This document shows positions 28,327-45,796 of a stretch of DNA of 64,000 bases, in pieces (position 1 is the stretch's first letter; the number at the start of each line of letters is the position of its first letter). The position numbers and the translations under genes were made by a program. The stretch is taken from the NCBI RefSeq assembly GCF_009914755.1, contig NC_060947.1; one strand, 5' to 3'. The DNA comes from the human T2T-CHM13v2.0 reference genome, Homo sapiens. The notes beneath the pieces are model-generated. The model was not told the DNA's origin, did not search any database, and saw only the letters and a list, made by a program, of their open reading frames with translations.

Positions 28327-29911
28327 GAATGTTTATTTCTATCTTACTTTTTCCACAGCAGCATCTCCTATTGTACAGATATTATGATTACAAAGTAAGT
28401 ATTGGTGAAGATTATATAGCATAAGCCTAATCACTATCAGTGAATGACATTAATATTATCAAATATAAAAGGGATAGTAAATTATAGCCTAAAGAGAGTT
28501 ATACTAGGAGATGGGATCATACTCTTGTCTCCACTCTTTGGGGCTCAGTATTTTTGAATGAATGAGTGAATGCTGCTAATTATATATGAAGCAGTTTAGG
28601 ACAGTATGTCTAGGGCATAATCTACTTAGAGGTATAGAAGGTACGTTAGCATATTAGACATTCTTAAAAGTTCTGGAGCAAAGAAACCTATTTGTTTGTT
28701 TTGTAATGCTACATTTCCAAGCCCCATTTGACCATGTTATAGACTTTCCCCTTAACAGAGCAGCTATTAATATTAATTGGATAGTCTTCTGCAGAACACT
28801 TATTTGAGTAACATTAGTTTGATGGGAGTAGTTTCGCAGTAAGGGTGCTTTCTGTAGTGGAGAAAATACCAAGAGGGATTAACTTCATATAATAGTAGAG
28901 TGATGTTTATCAGATTAACTTTTGAGATAAGAATGGAATACTCTGGACAAAATATAACAGCTACTTGATAGTACAAGAGAATAACCAAAGGAAAAAGAGG
29001 AGAGGCATCTGCACTTGAAAGAAAGGAAATACACTGGGCATATTTGCATTTATATGGCTTTTCCCCTGAGTACAGCCCTTAGTCTGCATGGCAAAGGAAG
29101 GCTAAAACCCAGACAAAAACCCATGGTCTTACTGGCTTGAGTCAGCAGAGTTGAGGATGCCAGAATGGCTGAAAAGTGAAGAGGGATATACTGGAATGTA
29201 GGGAAACACATTGGAAAGAGCTCAAAAAATTGCTTATAGATTCCATCCAAATTCTTGCTTGAATCCTGAAGTTTATAACTATAGAGGAAGGTTCATACAA
29301 CCCAGCAAAAAGGAACAGCTGGAAGTCTGCAATAACTGAGCATAGATTTAACCGTTGTCCGTTGAAAGGAGAATGGAGTTTTAAGTTCAAGTTCAGCTGA
29401 GTTAACTATACTATTTCTTAAAATAGAAGTTTAATCAATACTCTTCAGAGGAAGTTAAGAGAATCCAGAATCTCTCCATATTACCTACAATATCCAGTAT
29501 GCAATTAAAAATTACCAAGTAAAAGTGATCTACAGTCAATAAAAAGACCAATCAATGAAAACCAACCCTGAACTAACACAGATGTTGGAATTTGTAGACT
29601 ATGATTTAAAGCAGAAAATAGAAAAGGAAAATCTCCTCATGATGCGTGACCAAATAAGGAATCACAACAGAGTAATGGAAACTGTATTTTATTTAATTTT
29701 TTTTTATTGTTATACTTTAAGTTCTAGGGTACATGTGCACAACGTGCAGGTTTGTTACATATGTATACATGTGCCATGTTGGTGTGCTGCACCCATTAGC
29801 TCGTCATTTACATTAGGTATATCTCCTAATGCTATCCTTCCCCCCACCCCCACCCCACAACAGGCCCTGGTGTGTGATGTCCCCCTTCCTGTGTCCAAGT
29901 GTTCTCATTGT

Positions 29912-33736
<3,825 letters not shown>

Positions 33737-33799
33737 TATGATGTTAGCTGGTTATTTTGCTCGTTAGTTGATGCAGTTTCTTCCTAGCATCAATGGTCT

Positions 33800-34816
33800 T
33801 TACAATTTGGCATGATTTTGCAGTGGCTGGTACTGGTTGTTCCTTTCCATGTTTAGTGCTTCCTTCAGGAGCTCTTGTAAGGCAGGCCTGGTGGTGACAA
33901 AATCTCTCAGCATTTGCTTGTCTGTAAAGGATTTTATTTCTTCTTCACTTATGAAGTTTAGTTTGGCTGGATATGAAATTCTGGGTTGAAAATTCTTTTC
34001 TTTAAGAATGTTGAATATTGGCCCCCACTCTCTTCTGGCTTGTAGAGTTTCTGCCAAGAGATCCACTGTTAGTCTGATGGGCTTCCCTTTGTGGGTAACC
34101 CGACCTTTCTCTCTGGCTGCCCTTAGCTTTTTTTCCTTCATTTCAACTTTGGTGAATCTGACAATTATGTGTCTTGGAGTTGCTCTTCTCGAGGAGTATC
34201 TTTGTGGCGTTCTCTGTATTTCCTGAATTTGAATGTTGGCCTGCCTTGCTAGGTTGGGGAAGTTCTCCTGGATAATATCCTGCAGAGTGTTTTCCAACTT
34301 GGTTCCATTCTCCCCATCACTTTCAGGTACACCAATCAGATGTAGATTTGGTCTTTTCACATAGTCCCATATTTCTTGGAGGCTTTGTTCGTTTCTTTTT
34401 ATTCTTTTTTCTCTAAACTTCTCTTCTCACTTCATTTCATTCATTTGATCTTCAATCACTGATACCCTTTCTTCCAGTTGATCGAATTGGCTACTGAAAC
34501 TTGTGCATTCATCACGTAGTTCTCGTGCCATGGTTTTCAGCCCCATCAGGTCCTTTAAGGACTTCTCTGCATTGGTTATTCTAGTTAGCCATTCGTCTAA
34601 TCTTTTTTCAAGGTTTTTAACTTGTTTGCATTGGGTTCGAACTTCCTCCTTTAGCTCAAAGAAGTTTGATCATCTGTAGCCTTCTTCTCTCAACTCTTCA
34701 AAGTCATTCTCCTTCCAGCTTTGTTCTGTTGCTGGTGAGGAGCTGCGTTCCTTTGGAGGAGGAGAGGCACTCTGACTTTTAGAATTTTCAGTTTTTCTGC
34801 TCTGTTTTTTCCCCAT
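33800..34816 (-). pseudogene. L1 ORF1p, full 1017-nt span but inactivated
   Basis: ATG GGG AAA AAA CAG at 34816; CGA>TGA stops at codon 49 (34670-34672) and codon 130 (34427-34429); intact C-terminal frame ending NHAKL. Confidence 0.9.
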
Positions 34817-35391
34817 CTTTGTGGTTTTATCTACCTTTGGTCTTTGATGATGGTGACATACAGATGGGGTTTCGGTGTGGATGTCCTTTCTGTTTGTTAG
34901 TTTTCCTTCTAACAGTCAGGACCCTCAGCTGCAGGTCTGTTGGAGTTTGCCGGAGGTCCACTCCAGACCCTGTTTGCATGGGTATCAGCAGCAGAGGCTG
35001 CACAAGAGTGAATATTGGTGAACAGCAAATGTTACTGCCTGATCGTTCCTCTGGAAGTTTCATCTCAGAGGGGTACCCGGCCGTGTGAGGTGTCAGTCTG
35101 CCCCTACTGGGGGTTGCGTCCCAGTTAGGCTACTCAGGGGTCAGGGACCCACTTGAGGAGGCAGTCTGTCCGTTCTCAGATCTCAAGCTCCATGCTGGGA
35201 GAACCGCTAATCTCTTCCAAGCTGTCAGATAGGGACATGTAAGTCTGCAGAGGTTTCTGCTGCCTTTTGTTCAGCTATGCCCTGCCCCCAGAGGTGGAGT
35301 CTACAGAGGCAGGCAGGCCTCTTTGAGGTGCGGTGGGCTCCACCCAGTTTGAGCTTCCAGGCTGCTTTGTTTACCTACTCAGGCCTCAGCA

Positions 35392-35883
35392 ATGGCAGAC
35401 GCCCCTCCCCCAGCCTTGCTGCCACCTTGCAGTTCGATCTCAGACTGCTGTGCTAGCAATGAGCGAGGCTCCGTGGGTTTAGTACCCTCCGAGCCAGGCA
35501 CGGGATATAATCTCCTGGTGTACCATGTGCTAAGACCATCAGAAAAGTGCAGTATTAGGGTGGGAGTGACCCGATTTTCCAGGTGCCGTTTGTCCCCTCT
35601 TCCCTTGGCTAGGAAAGGGAATTCCCTGACCCCTTGCACTTCCCGGGTGAGGCGATGCCTCACCCTGCTTTGGCTCACGCTCGGTGCGCTGCACCCATTG
35701 TCCTGCACCCACTGTCTGACAATCCCCAGTGAGGTGAACCTGGCACCTCAGTTGGAAATGCAGAAATTACCTGTCTTCTGCATCGCTCACGCTGGGAGCT
35801 GTAGACTGGGGCTGTTCCTATTCAGCCATCTTGGAACCACCCATTTTGGAAACTGTATTTTAAAAAGGAAAATTTATATTTGA
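35392..35883 (+). other. L1 ORF0 homologue (antisense 5'UTR ORF), open for 163 codons
   Basis: MADAPPPALLPPCSSISDCCASN...SIRVGVTRFSRC aligns to recalled L1HS ORF0 (MAGAPPPASLPPCSLISDCCASN...NIRVGVTRFSRC); gcaATGg Kozak context. Confidence 0.75.
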
Positions 35884-38469
35884 AAAGCAGAATATAAGAA
35901 AAAACAATTGACCTTATGGGCTTAACAATAGAATGGAGATGTCAGAAGAAATAGTCAGTAATCTTAAAGATAAATCAGAAGAAACAACTGAATCTGAAGA
36001 GCACTGAAGAGAAAATGAAAAAAAGAAAAAACAGAATAGGACCCCAGTGACCTCTGTGACAGTGTCAAATGGTCTAATACAAATATAAATGGAGTCCTCT
36101 AAGGACAGGAGAGAAAGAACAGGGAAGCAAAAAGAAGAATAAATTATGGGGCACTAAGAATGGCAAGAATTCTCCACACTTGGTGAAAAGTATAAATTTA
36201 CAGATATAAGAAGTCCAGCAAACCTCAAGCAAAGTAAAAACGAAGAAAACTATACCTAGGCCCATCATAATGAAACTACTGAAAAAATAGAGATTGAAAG
36301 AAAATCTTGAAAAAAGCTAGAGAAAAATTTACACCGTGTATAGTGGAACAATTATACGAATGATGACAGACTTCTCATCAAAAAGATTGGATAATGTACA
36401 GCAATGTGAAAACATCGTTAGAGAGCTAAAAAAAAATTTGCAAGCACAATTATTATATACAGTTAAAATATACTTCAAAAATAAAGGCAGATTTAAGACA
36501 TTTTCTCATAATAAAAATAGGGAATTATTCATGAAGAGGCTTGCATTAAAATAAATATAAAGAAATTTCTTCAGGCTAAGGGGAAATCTCACTAGATGGA
36601 TGTGTGAATTTATAGGAAGGAATGGAAAGTAATAGAAATGGTGTAAATGCGGGTAAATATAAGAGGATTATATCTCTTTTCCTCTATTTATTTAACAGAA
36701 AGCACTGTTTCAAGTGTAACAACAGAGATTCAAAATACATGAAGCCAAAACTGAGAGAATTAAAGGGAGAAATAGACAAATCCACAATCATGGTTGTGAT
36801 TCTAACACTCCTATTTCAGTTGTTCCACTCTTAACAACTTAGGCTTTATTGACATAAAAAGAGCCCAACATCAAACAACTACAGAATATAATTTTTTTCA
36901 AGAGCCAAGGAATTTTCACCAGTGTAGACTATGTGATAGGTCACAAAATGAGACCCTCTAAATACCAAAAGATTAAAAATATCAGTATATTCTCTTATTA
37001 CAATGGAATGAGTAAGAAATAAATAATAATATTTGTAGAAAATTCCTACTATTTGGAATTTAGAAAGCACTGTTCTAAATAACTGCTGGACCAAGGAATA
37101 AATCAAGGAAAATTAGAAAATGATTTTAGTTACATATTGTTGAAAACTGAAAATTTTGGAATGGGGTTAAAGCAGGGCATAGGTGGGAAATAGATTTAAA
37201 TGTCTATGTTAGAAAAGAAGAAAGATTTAACATTGGTGACCTATGTTTCTCACTTTAGAAGCTAGAAAAGGACAAGCAAATTAAATTTAAGAGAATGAAG
37301 GAAATAATAAAGACAAAAGTAACAATATATTAACTACAAAAAAAATAGAAAACACAGTCAAAATTTGGTAATTGATAGCACAAAAGATGATAAGAAAATA
37401 GAAAACACAAATTACCCATATCAGGAATGTTCCTACAGCCATTAAAAGATCAATAAGGGACTATCATAAATCACTTTGTAACAATAAATTTGACAGCTTA
37501 GGTGAAATGGACAAATTCCTTAAGAAACATACATTACCAAAAACAAAAACAAATAAATGCGTGAGTGAAAGAAAGAAGCAAAATATAAATTAGCCCTATA
37601 TATACTAAGGAAGTTGAATTATCAACCCTTCCAACTTAGAATTCCTGTTCCAGAAGAGTTTACTGATGAATTCTATGAAACATTTTTGCAAGTGACAGTG
37701 TCAATCTTGCATAAATTTATTCAGAAAATAGAGGGATATTGAATGCCCTCCAATTAATTTTGTGAAGCAAGCAAAGCCCTGATACCAAAACCAAGCAACG
37801 ACAAAATTACAGAAACAGAAAACGACAGACTAGTATCCCTCATGAGCATAGATACAGAAATTATTAAAATTTTAGCAAATCAAATCCAACAACATATAAA
37901 GTGGATGATTGGTTGTGACCAAGTGGGATCTATGCCAGGAATCCATGTTTGGTTTAACATTTGAAAATCAAAAATTGTGACTCACTATATTAAAGACCAA
38001 AACAAAATTTAGAGCATAAATATATAAACCCCCAATAATTATCTTAATCGATAACAAAGAATGCATTTAATGACATTCAATATCCATTTCTAATAAAAAT
38101 TACTCTTAGTAAACTAGGAGTAGAAGAGATTTCCTCAACCTTAAAGGGCATATGCCAAATCCCTAAAGCTAAAATTGTACTCAATGGAGAAAGACTGAGT
38201 TCCTTTCTCCTAACTTCAGGAACATCTGCTCTCACCATTTCTATTCAACATTGCCAGTACAGTAAGACAAGAAAAAGAAAAGAAAAAGTATCCGTATTGA
38301 AAAGGAAGAAATAATTTTTTTTGTTTTTTTGATGATGACATGATTTTTCAATGTAGAAAATGTTATGACATATGCTAAAATACTCTTAAAACTTATAAGT
38401 GAGTTTAGAAAGATCACAGAATAAACAAAACCAACAAACTAAGATCAGTAAATAAAAATCGGTTGTATG

Positions 38470-39806
38470 AGCAATGGGGAAATAATTCCCTGTTCAATAA
38501 ATGGTGCTGTGATAACTGACTAGCCATATGTAGAAGAATGAAATCAGACCCCTGCCTTTCACCATATACAAAAATTAACTCAAGATGGATTAAAGACTTA
38601 CGTGTAAGACCTCAAACTATAAAAATCCTAGAAGAAAACATAGGAAATACCATTCTAGACATTGGCCTTGGGAAATAATTTATGACTAAGTTCCCAAAAG
38701 CAATTTCAACAAAAACAAAAATTGACAAGTGTGACCTAATTAAACTAAAGAGCTTCTGTATAGCAAAAGAAACTATCAACAGAGTAAACCAGCAGCCTAC
38801 AGAATGTGCAAAAATATTTGCAAACTATGCATCCAACAAAGATCTAATATCCAGAATCTATAAGGAACTTAAACAATTCAGCAAGAAAATAAATAAATAA
38901 ATAAATAACCCCATTCAAAAATGGGCAAAGGACATGAACACATACGCCTCAAAAGAAGACATACATATGGGCAACAAATATGTGAAAAAATTCTCAATGT
39001 CACTAATCATCAGAGAAATGCAAATTAAAGTCATAATGAGATACCATTGTCTCCGTTAAAATGGCTATTATTAAAAAGTTAGAATGGCTATTATTAAAAA
39101 GTTAAAAACAGATGTTGGTGAGGTTGCAGAGAAAAGAGAATTCTTACACATTGTTGGTGTAAATTTAAATTAGTTCACCCACTGTAGAAATCAGTTTGGA
39201 GATTCTTTAATCAGTTCAGCCACTGTAGAAAGCAGTTTGGAGATTTTTTAAAGAACTTAAAACAGAATTCCCATTCAACCCAGCAATCTCAGTACTAGGT
39301 GTATACGCAAAGTAAAAGCAATCATTCTACTGAAGAGACACGTGCACTCATATGTTCATCACAGCACTATTCACAATAGCAAAGATGGAATCAACCTAGA
39401 TGCCCATCAGTGGTGGACTAAAGAAAATGTGCTACATATACACCATGAAATACTATGCAGCCATAAAAAAGAATGAAATCATGTCCTTTGCAGCAGCATG
39501 GATGCAACTGGAAGCCATTATCCTTAGCTAATTAACACAGGAACAGAAAACCAAATACCACATGTTCTCACTAATAAGTGGGAGCTAAATATTGAGTACA
39601 CATGGAAATAAATATGGCAGCAATAGACACTGGGGACTACTAGTGGGGGAAGATGTTGGGGAGACTGTTGAAAAACTGCCTATCAGTACGACACTCACTA
39701 CCTGGGTGATGGGATCCTTTGTACTCCAAACCTCAGTGACATGCAATTTACCCATGTAACAAACCTGCACCTGTACCCCCGAACCTAAAAGTAGGTAAAA
39801 AAAAAA
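38470..39806 (+). mobile_element. 5'-truncated L1PB-like element
   Basis: ORF2 C-terminal homology (38682-38900), 3'UTR ...aaacctcagtgacatgcaatttacccatgtaacaaacctgcac, A-tail. Confidence 0.88.
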
Positions 39807-40050
39807 TGTTATACAAATGGAATCATAAAGTATGTAACTTTTTAAGACTGACTTTTGTCACTCTGCATAATTCCTTTGAGAAGCATCCAAGTTGCTGCAT
39901 GTATCAATAGTTATTTCCTTTTTATTGCTTAGTATTCCATGGTATGGATCCACCAAAGTTTGTTTAACCATTCACCCATTAAAAGACATCTGCTTTTGTT
40001 TTTCTTTTCCAATTTGGGAATATTATGAATAAAGTTGTTATGAACATTTG
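39807..40050 (-). mobile_element. Old L1 3'UTR fragment, antisense; probable 3'-transduced segment
   Basis: atacaaatggaatcataaagtatg...tattccatggtatgg...; lies between two A-tails inside one TSD pair. Confidence 0.7.
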
Positions 40051-41757
40051 AAAAAAAATCAGTCATATGTCCATAATCTAACAATGAAAAGTAGTAAATT
40101 GGAATTATAATAGTGCCATTTAAAATAACAACAAAAATTTGAGATACTTAGGAATAAATCAGACAAAAATGTGCAAGTCTCATACCCTGAAAACTACAAA
40201 AAATATTGCGGTGAGAAATAAAAGAAGACCTGAATAAATGGAGATATATATCATATTCATGAATTGGAAGACTCAATATTGTTAAGTTGACAATTGGCCC
40301 CAATTTATCTATAGATTCAGTGCAACTCCAATCAAAATTCTTGTGGTTTTCTGGGGCTACAAATTTAACAAGCTGATCCTAAGAGTTAGATGGAAATACA
40401 AATACAGCTTTTATAAAAAACAATGTTGGAGGATTTACAGTACACAATTCCAAGACTTAGTATAAAACCACAGTAAACAAGATAGTGTGCTATTAGCCAA
40501 ATGATAGACATATAGATGAATGGGACATAATAGAGACTCACAGGTAAATAGTGAATCTGTTTTTTGACAAAAATGCAAAGGTAGTGGAGAAAGTCTTTTC
40601 AATAAATAGTCCTGGAAGGGTTGCATATGCGTATGCACAAAAATGGCTCACACTTTATATAAAAGTTAACTCAAAATGCATCATAGACCTAGATGTAAAA
40701 TCTAAACCTTAAAGTCTTTAAGGAGGAAACAAAGGGGAAAATCCTTGTGACTTTGGGTTAGGCAGATATTTCCTAGATCTGATATCAAAAACACGATCCA
40801 CCAAAGAAAATACTGTTAAGTTGTATTTCCTCAAAAGTAATAACTTGTTCTCCTCTAAAAGTATTGTTAAAAGAATAAAAAGATAATCCACAGTGCAGGA
40901 AAAATAATATTTGCAAATTACATATCTGATAGAAGACTTGTATCCAGAATATATAAAGAACTCTAAAAATTTAATAATAAAACATACAGCTCCACATAAA
41001 ATTTAATTATAAACAAATTGGAAGAATATTTTGACACTTAAATAAAAGCAGATATATAGATGGCAAATAGATACACGAAAAGATCCTCAACATTATTAAT
41101 TAGGGAAATGCAAGAGAAAACCACAATGAGATGCCACCATAAACCTGTTAGAATATCTAATAAAAACTTTTAGCCAAAGCAAGTATAGATGAGAATGTGG
41201 AAGCAACTGGAACAATTATAGATTATTGGTATAAGTGGAAAATGATCTACACAGTTTGGCAATTTCATAAAATGTTAAACACCTATTAAATGACCCTGTT
41301 GATTCCTAGGCATTTACCCATGAGACATCAAAGCGTATGCCTATAAAAACTTGTACTTGAAAATTCATAGTAGCTTTATTTGTAATAGCCAGAAACTGGA
41401 AACAACTCAACTTCCCATCAACAGGTAAATGAATCAACACATTGCAGTATACCTCTACAATGGAATACTACTCAACAATAAAAAGTAATGAACTATTGAT
41501 ATTCACCATAACAAGTTTGAATCTCTAAGTAATTATGCTGACTGAAAAGTTAGACAAAAAGAGTACATTCTTTATAATTCCATTTATATAAAATTCTAGA
41601 AAATGCAAATTAATCTACAGTGACAGAAAGCAGATCTCTAATAGCCTGGGGTGGGTAGGAGTAGGGAGATGGATATAGGCATAAGGAAGATATGGGCACA
41701 AAGAAGCTTTTGTAATGGATTGGCTATGCTCATTATTTTGATTGTGGTGATGATTTC

Positions 41758-42480
<723 letters not shown>

Positions 42481-42714
42481 CCAAACTTTTAAAATAGTAT
42501 ACTCTACGCATGTATGATTTATTCTATGTTAATTATACTTCAGTAAAACTGCTTTTAAAACATATGTTTTTAACATAGAAATAAAACATCTAGATTTCCC
42601 TAAAAGAAATGTGTCCAAGTGCATATTAATAAACAAAGAAAACTTGCTAGACCCCTGATGAGATCAAGTTAACCAGTTGACAATGTAAAATCTGTGACAC
42701 AATCAAACATTAAC

Positions 42715-42885
42715 TAAACAAAGTGTGCCTCTGTCAGTGGCATCAGCATTTACTGGGCGCTGGTTAGAAATGCTAAATCTCAAGCTTTGCAGCTGACCTA
42801 CTCAATCTAACTCTGGTGTCAGGGCCAGGTAATGTGTGTTTTAATAAGGTCTCCAAGTGGTTCTAATGCAAGCTAAAGTTTTATA
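42715..42885. mobile_element. MER5A-like DNA transposon remnant
   Basis: catcagcatttactggg...gttagaaatgctaaatctc...tgtgttttaataagg...ttctaatgca..ctaaagttt. Confidence 0.6.
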
Positions 42886-43519
42886 TCTGACTTAGAGTAT
42901 CTCCATTTTGACAGTCGCCAAAGGTCTATTTTCTTGTTCTACCAATTGTAATACATCAAATATTTCTAGTTCTACATAACTACAAAAACAAAATAGGTAT
43001 TATGCAAAAAAGAGAACCGAATTGCCTATAATTGCATTACCTAATTAAATTATCATTTTCATTTATTCATTAAGGGTCTTGCCTTCTCCACATGTTTATA
43101 TAAATATGTTCATATAATGTCTGCATTTTTACAATATTATAATCTGAAGTAATTTTAATCTCAATTATTATTACAGCAGTTTGTCCTATTTTGTATTTTT
43201 CCTATCCTCAGAATTCTAATATTTTCCTGTTTAATTTTTCTTCCTTGAGAAACTATTCTTAAAATGCTTTTTTATTTTAAAGTGGCATGATTATACAACT
43301 GTCTTATTGTCATTATAAAGTGCGCTTCCTGAAGATGGTAACACTTTTATGGATGCCTTTAACTCACAAACTAGTCTACTTCTCAGTACATTAGATTTTT
43401 ATTCTTCTTAATAAATGATATATAAACCACTAAAAGTTATCCTTTGTATAATTTCCCCTAGCCCTAAATCTTACATGTTTTTAACTTTTGACAAAAGTGT
43501 ATGCCATATATTTTATTTA

Positions 43520-44090
43520 ATCCATTAAGGAAGTTTATTCATTGAATGAGAATTTACTGAGTATTTGTTCTGTTGGGCACTAAGAATACAAAGTTGAAGA
43601 AGATATAATTGATTAATGAAGTAGTAATTCGAGGGGAGTTAAAGTTATTACAAATTTCTGGCTGGGGTAGTTGGGTTGTGCTATTTCCTGGAATGGAGAA
43701 GACAGTAGAACATGAATTCAGTGTTGTTTATATCAAGTTTGTTCTTAGGAAAATTACAAAATTTTTCCTTGTCCTGATTCTTCATATATAAAATGGAAAT
43801 AATAATGTCTACCTCATATTATCATTGAGAGTATTAAATAAGATAAAACATGGAAAGAGTTTAGAGTAATTATTTGGTATATAGAAAACACTAAATACAT
43901 GTTAGCTATTATTATTGTCATTGAGTTTTAGGTGCCTGTATGCATTCAAGTGAAGATGTTTCAGACAGTTGCCTATGAGAGCCTAGTTTTTTAGTAAAAA
44001 GAGTTGATATTTTAGATTCCCGGGTAAAGAGAGAGAAGATCAAAAAAGGAATCCAGTGTAATACCAGTATTTAAAGGATAGGCAGAGAGA
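43520..44090. mobile_element. L2 remnant with nested MIR (about 43780-43920)
   Basis: tttactgagtatttgttctgt; aaaatggaaataataatgtctacctcat...aaatacatgttagctattatt. Confidence 0.55.
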
Positions 44091-45509
44091 GAGAAATATT
44101 ATTGCACAAAGGAAAATACGAATGATATTTTTATGCAAATATGGGCAGGCAGCATAAACCGGTTTTTTTTAAGTTTGACCTTTAGAAATAGCCATTTTCT
44201 GTTTGTGAGTGTTAGCAAATTACAGGAAAATCTACAGTAGTTGTAAGGATTAAACGAGTGCCTAACAACAGGCAGCAAAGAGTAGGCAACAACAAACGTC
44301 AACCTTCCCTACCATATGTATTAGGAATTAGGTGGAGGATCCCATCCCCACCACATCCTCGCTCAAGGCTTCTATAATTTCTACTTAGTAACCTTAGTAC
44401 CTTTCAAAGGCTGTGGTATTGATCTTTGAATTCCTTTTGCTACTGTCTGGTAGTTGCCCTTCTCTCTTCTTTACTATAATATTGCTCACTCTGCTAGATA
44501 GGACCATGATATTATTTGACTGTAGTGCAAGGAGATTTCAGGATATATCATTTATAGGTATATGGTTTTATTAATATCAACAAAATTAAGCTTTTTAGCA
44601 CCTCCACTTAAAATTTTTAGCTTATTCCTCTCTTATCTGTAGGCGAGATAGCAGTTTTGCTTCTGAGAAAATATGGCTTTCTTCAAGTATTATCCTCCAG
44701 TTTTGGCAGAGATATGCTGTAAATACCAGCTGAGATCCCAAAATGTACCTGTTTTCCCCTCATGAAAATCTACTGTAACTAGATTTTTTTTCCTTTGTGC
44801 TTTCTTTCTGACTGAAACTTGTGATCAGATTTCTACTACTAGCTCTGCCAGTAATAATTTGAGGGAATCTAGCTCTAAAAATTTTAAAACTTTTAATTTC
44901 TTCCTCTTGTTTTATTTCCTCAAAAACAATTGTGTTGAGGTTGATGAATACTAAATTATCATAATTTAAACACTAATTAAAACAACAAGGGGATATATGT
45001 CTAGAAAATAAGAAGTGTAGTAATATGTCAGTAATAATTATTGTCAAAACTACAGGAATGTTGCCATCTATCATTAATTGACTAAAATTAGCTTCATTAA
45101 CTTTGAAATGAAAAGTGGAAACTGACCAGTAGTCTTTTCAAAGTACTTATATTTATTATAGGATGTTTGTTGAATTATTCAGCATAAAATCATCTAAGCT
45201 TTTTAGACTAAACTTAGTACTTACAAAACACACACACACACACACTTTCAGAGTAGAAATAAAAGTGTGCTGTACCTTAACCTCTAGAGATATGTGTCTT
45301 CAATGGCCCCTTAGTCAGCCACCTAGTAGATATGGATGCTTTCTCTTTCTCACGTGCTGTCCAGGCTGTCACTGTGGGTAGGATCTGTTAAGAGGGTTCC
45401 CAGAATGAGGTCTGACCAGAGGCAGCCTTCGAGCCTTAGAAAAGTGGAGGAACTACTTGTAACCCTGTAGTTGGGAGCACGTGCCATGAAGCTGTCCTTC
45501 GGGGTTCTT

Positions 45510-45796
45510 TTATATATATATATATTTTGTACTTTAAGTTCTAGGGTACATGTGCACAACTGCAGGTTTGTTACATATGTATACATGTGCCATGTTGGTG
45601 TGCTGCACCCATTAACTCATCATTTACATTAGGTATATCTCCTAATGCTATCCCTCCCCCCTCCCCCCACCCCACAACAGGCCCCGGTGTGTGATGTTCC
45701 CCTTCCTGTGTCCAAGTGTTCTCATTGTTCAATTCCCACCTATGAGTGAGAACATGCGGTGTTTGGTTTTTTAAAGTTGGAAACCATCATTCTGAG
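45510..45796 (-). mobile_element. Short L1PA4/5-like 3' fragment with 5' inversion and 14-bp TSD
   Basis: Antisense 3'UTR 45510-45772, then 24 nt of L1 in sense orientation; TSD ccttcggggttctt at 45496-45509 and 45797-45810. Confidence 0.9.

Larger units (their letters stand above)
35863..41757 (+). mobile_element. Ancient L1M element, host of the L1PA5 and L1PB insertions; its 5' part continues at about 29050-29690
   Basis: Degenerate ORF1/ORF2-like sequence (KPKLRELKGEIDKSTIMV) and 3'UTR (aattctagaaaatgcaaattaatctacagtgacagaaagcagat). Confidence 0.8.
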
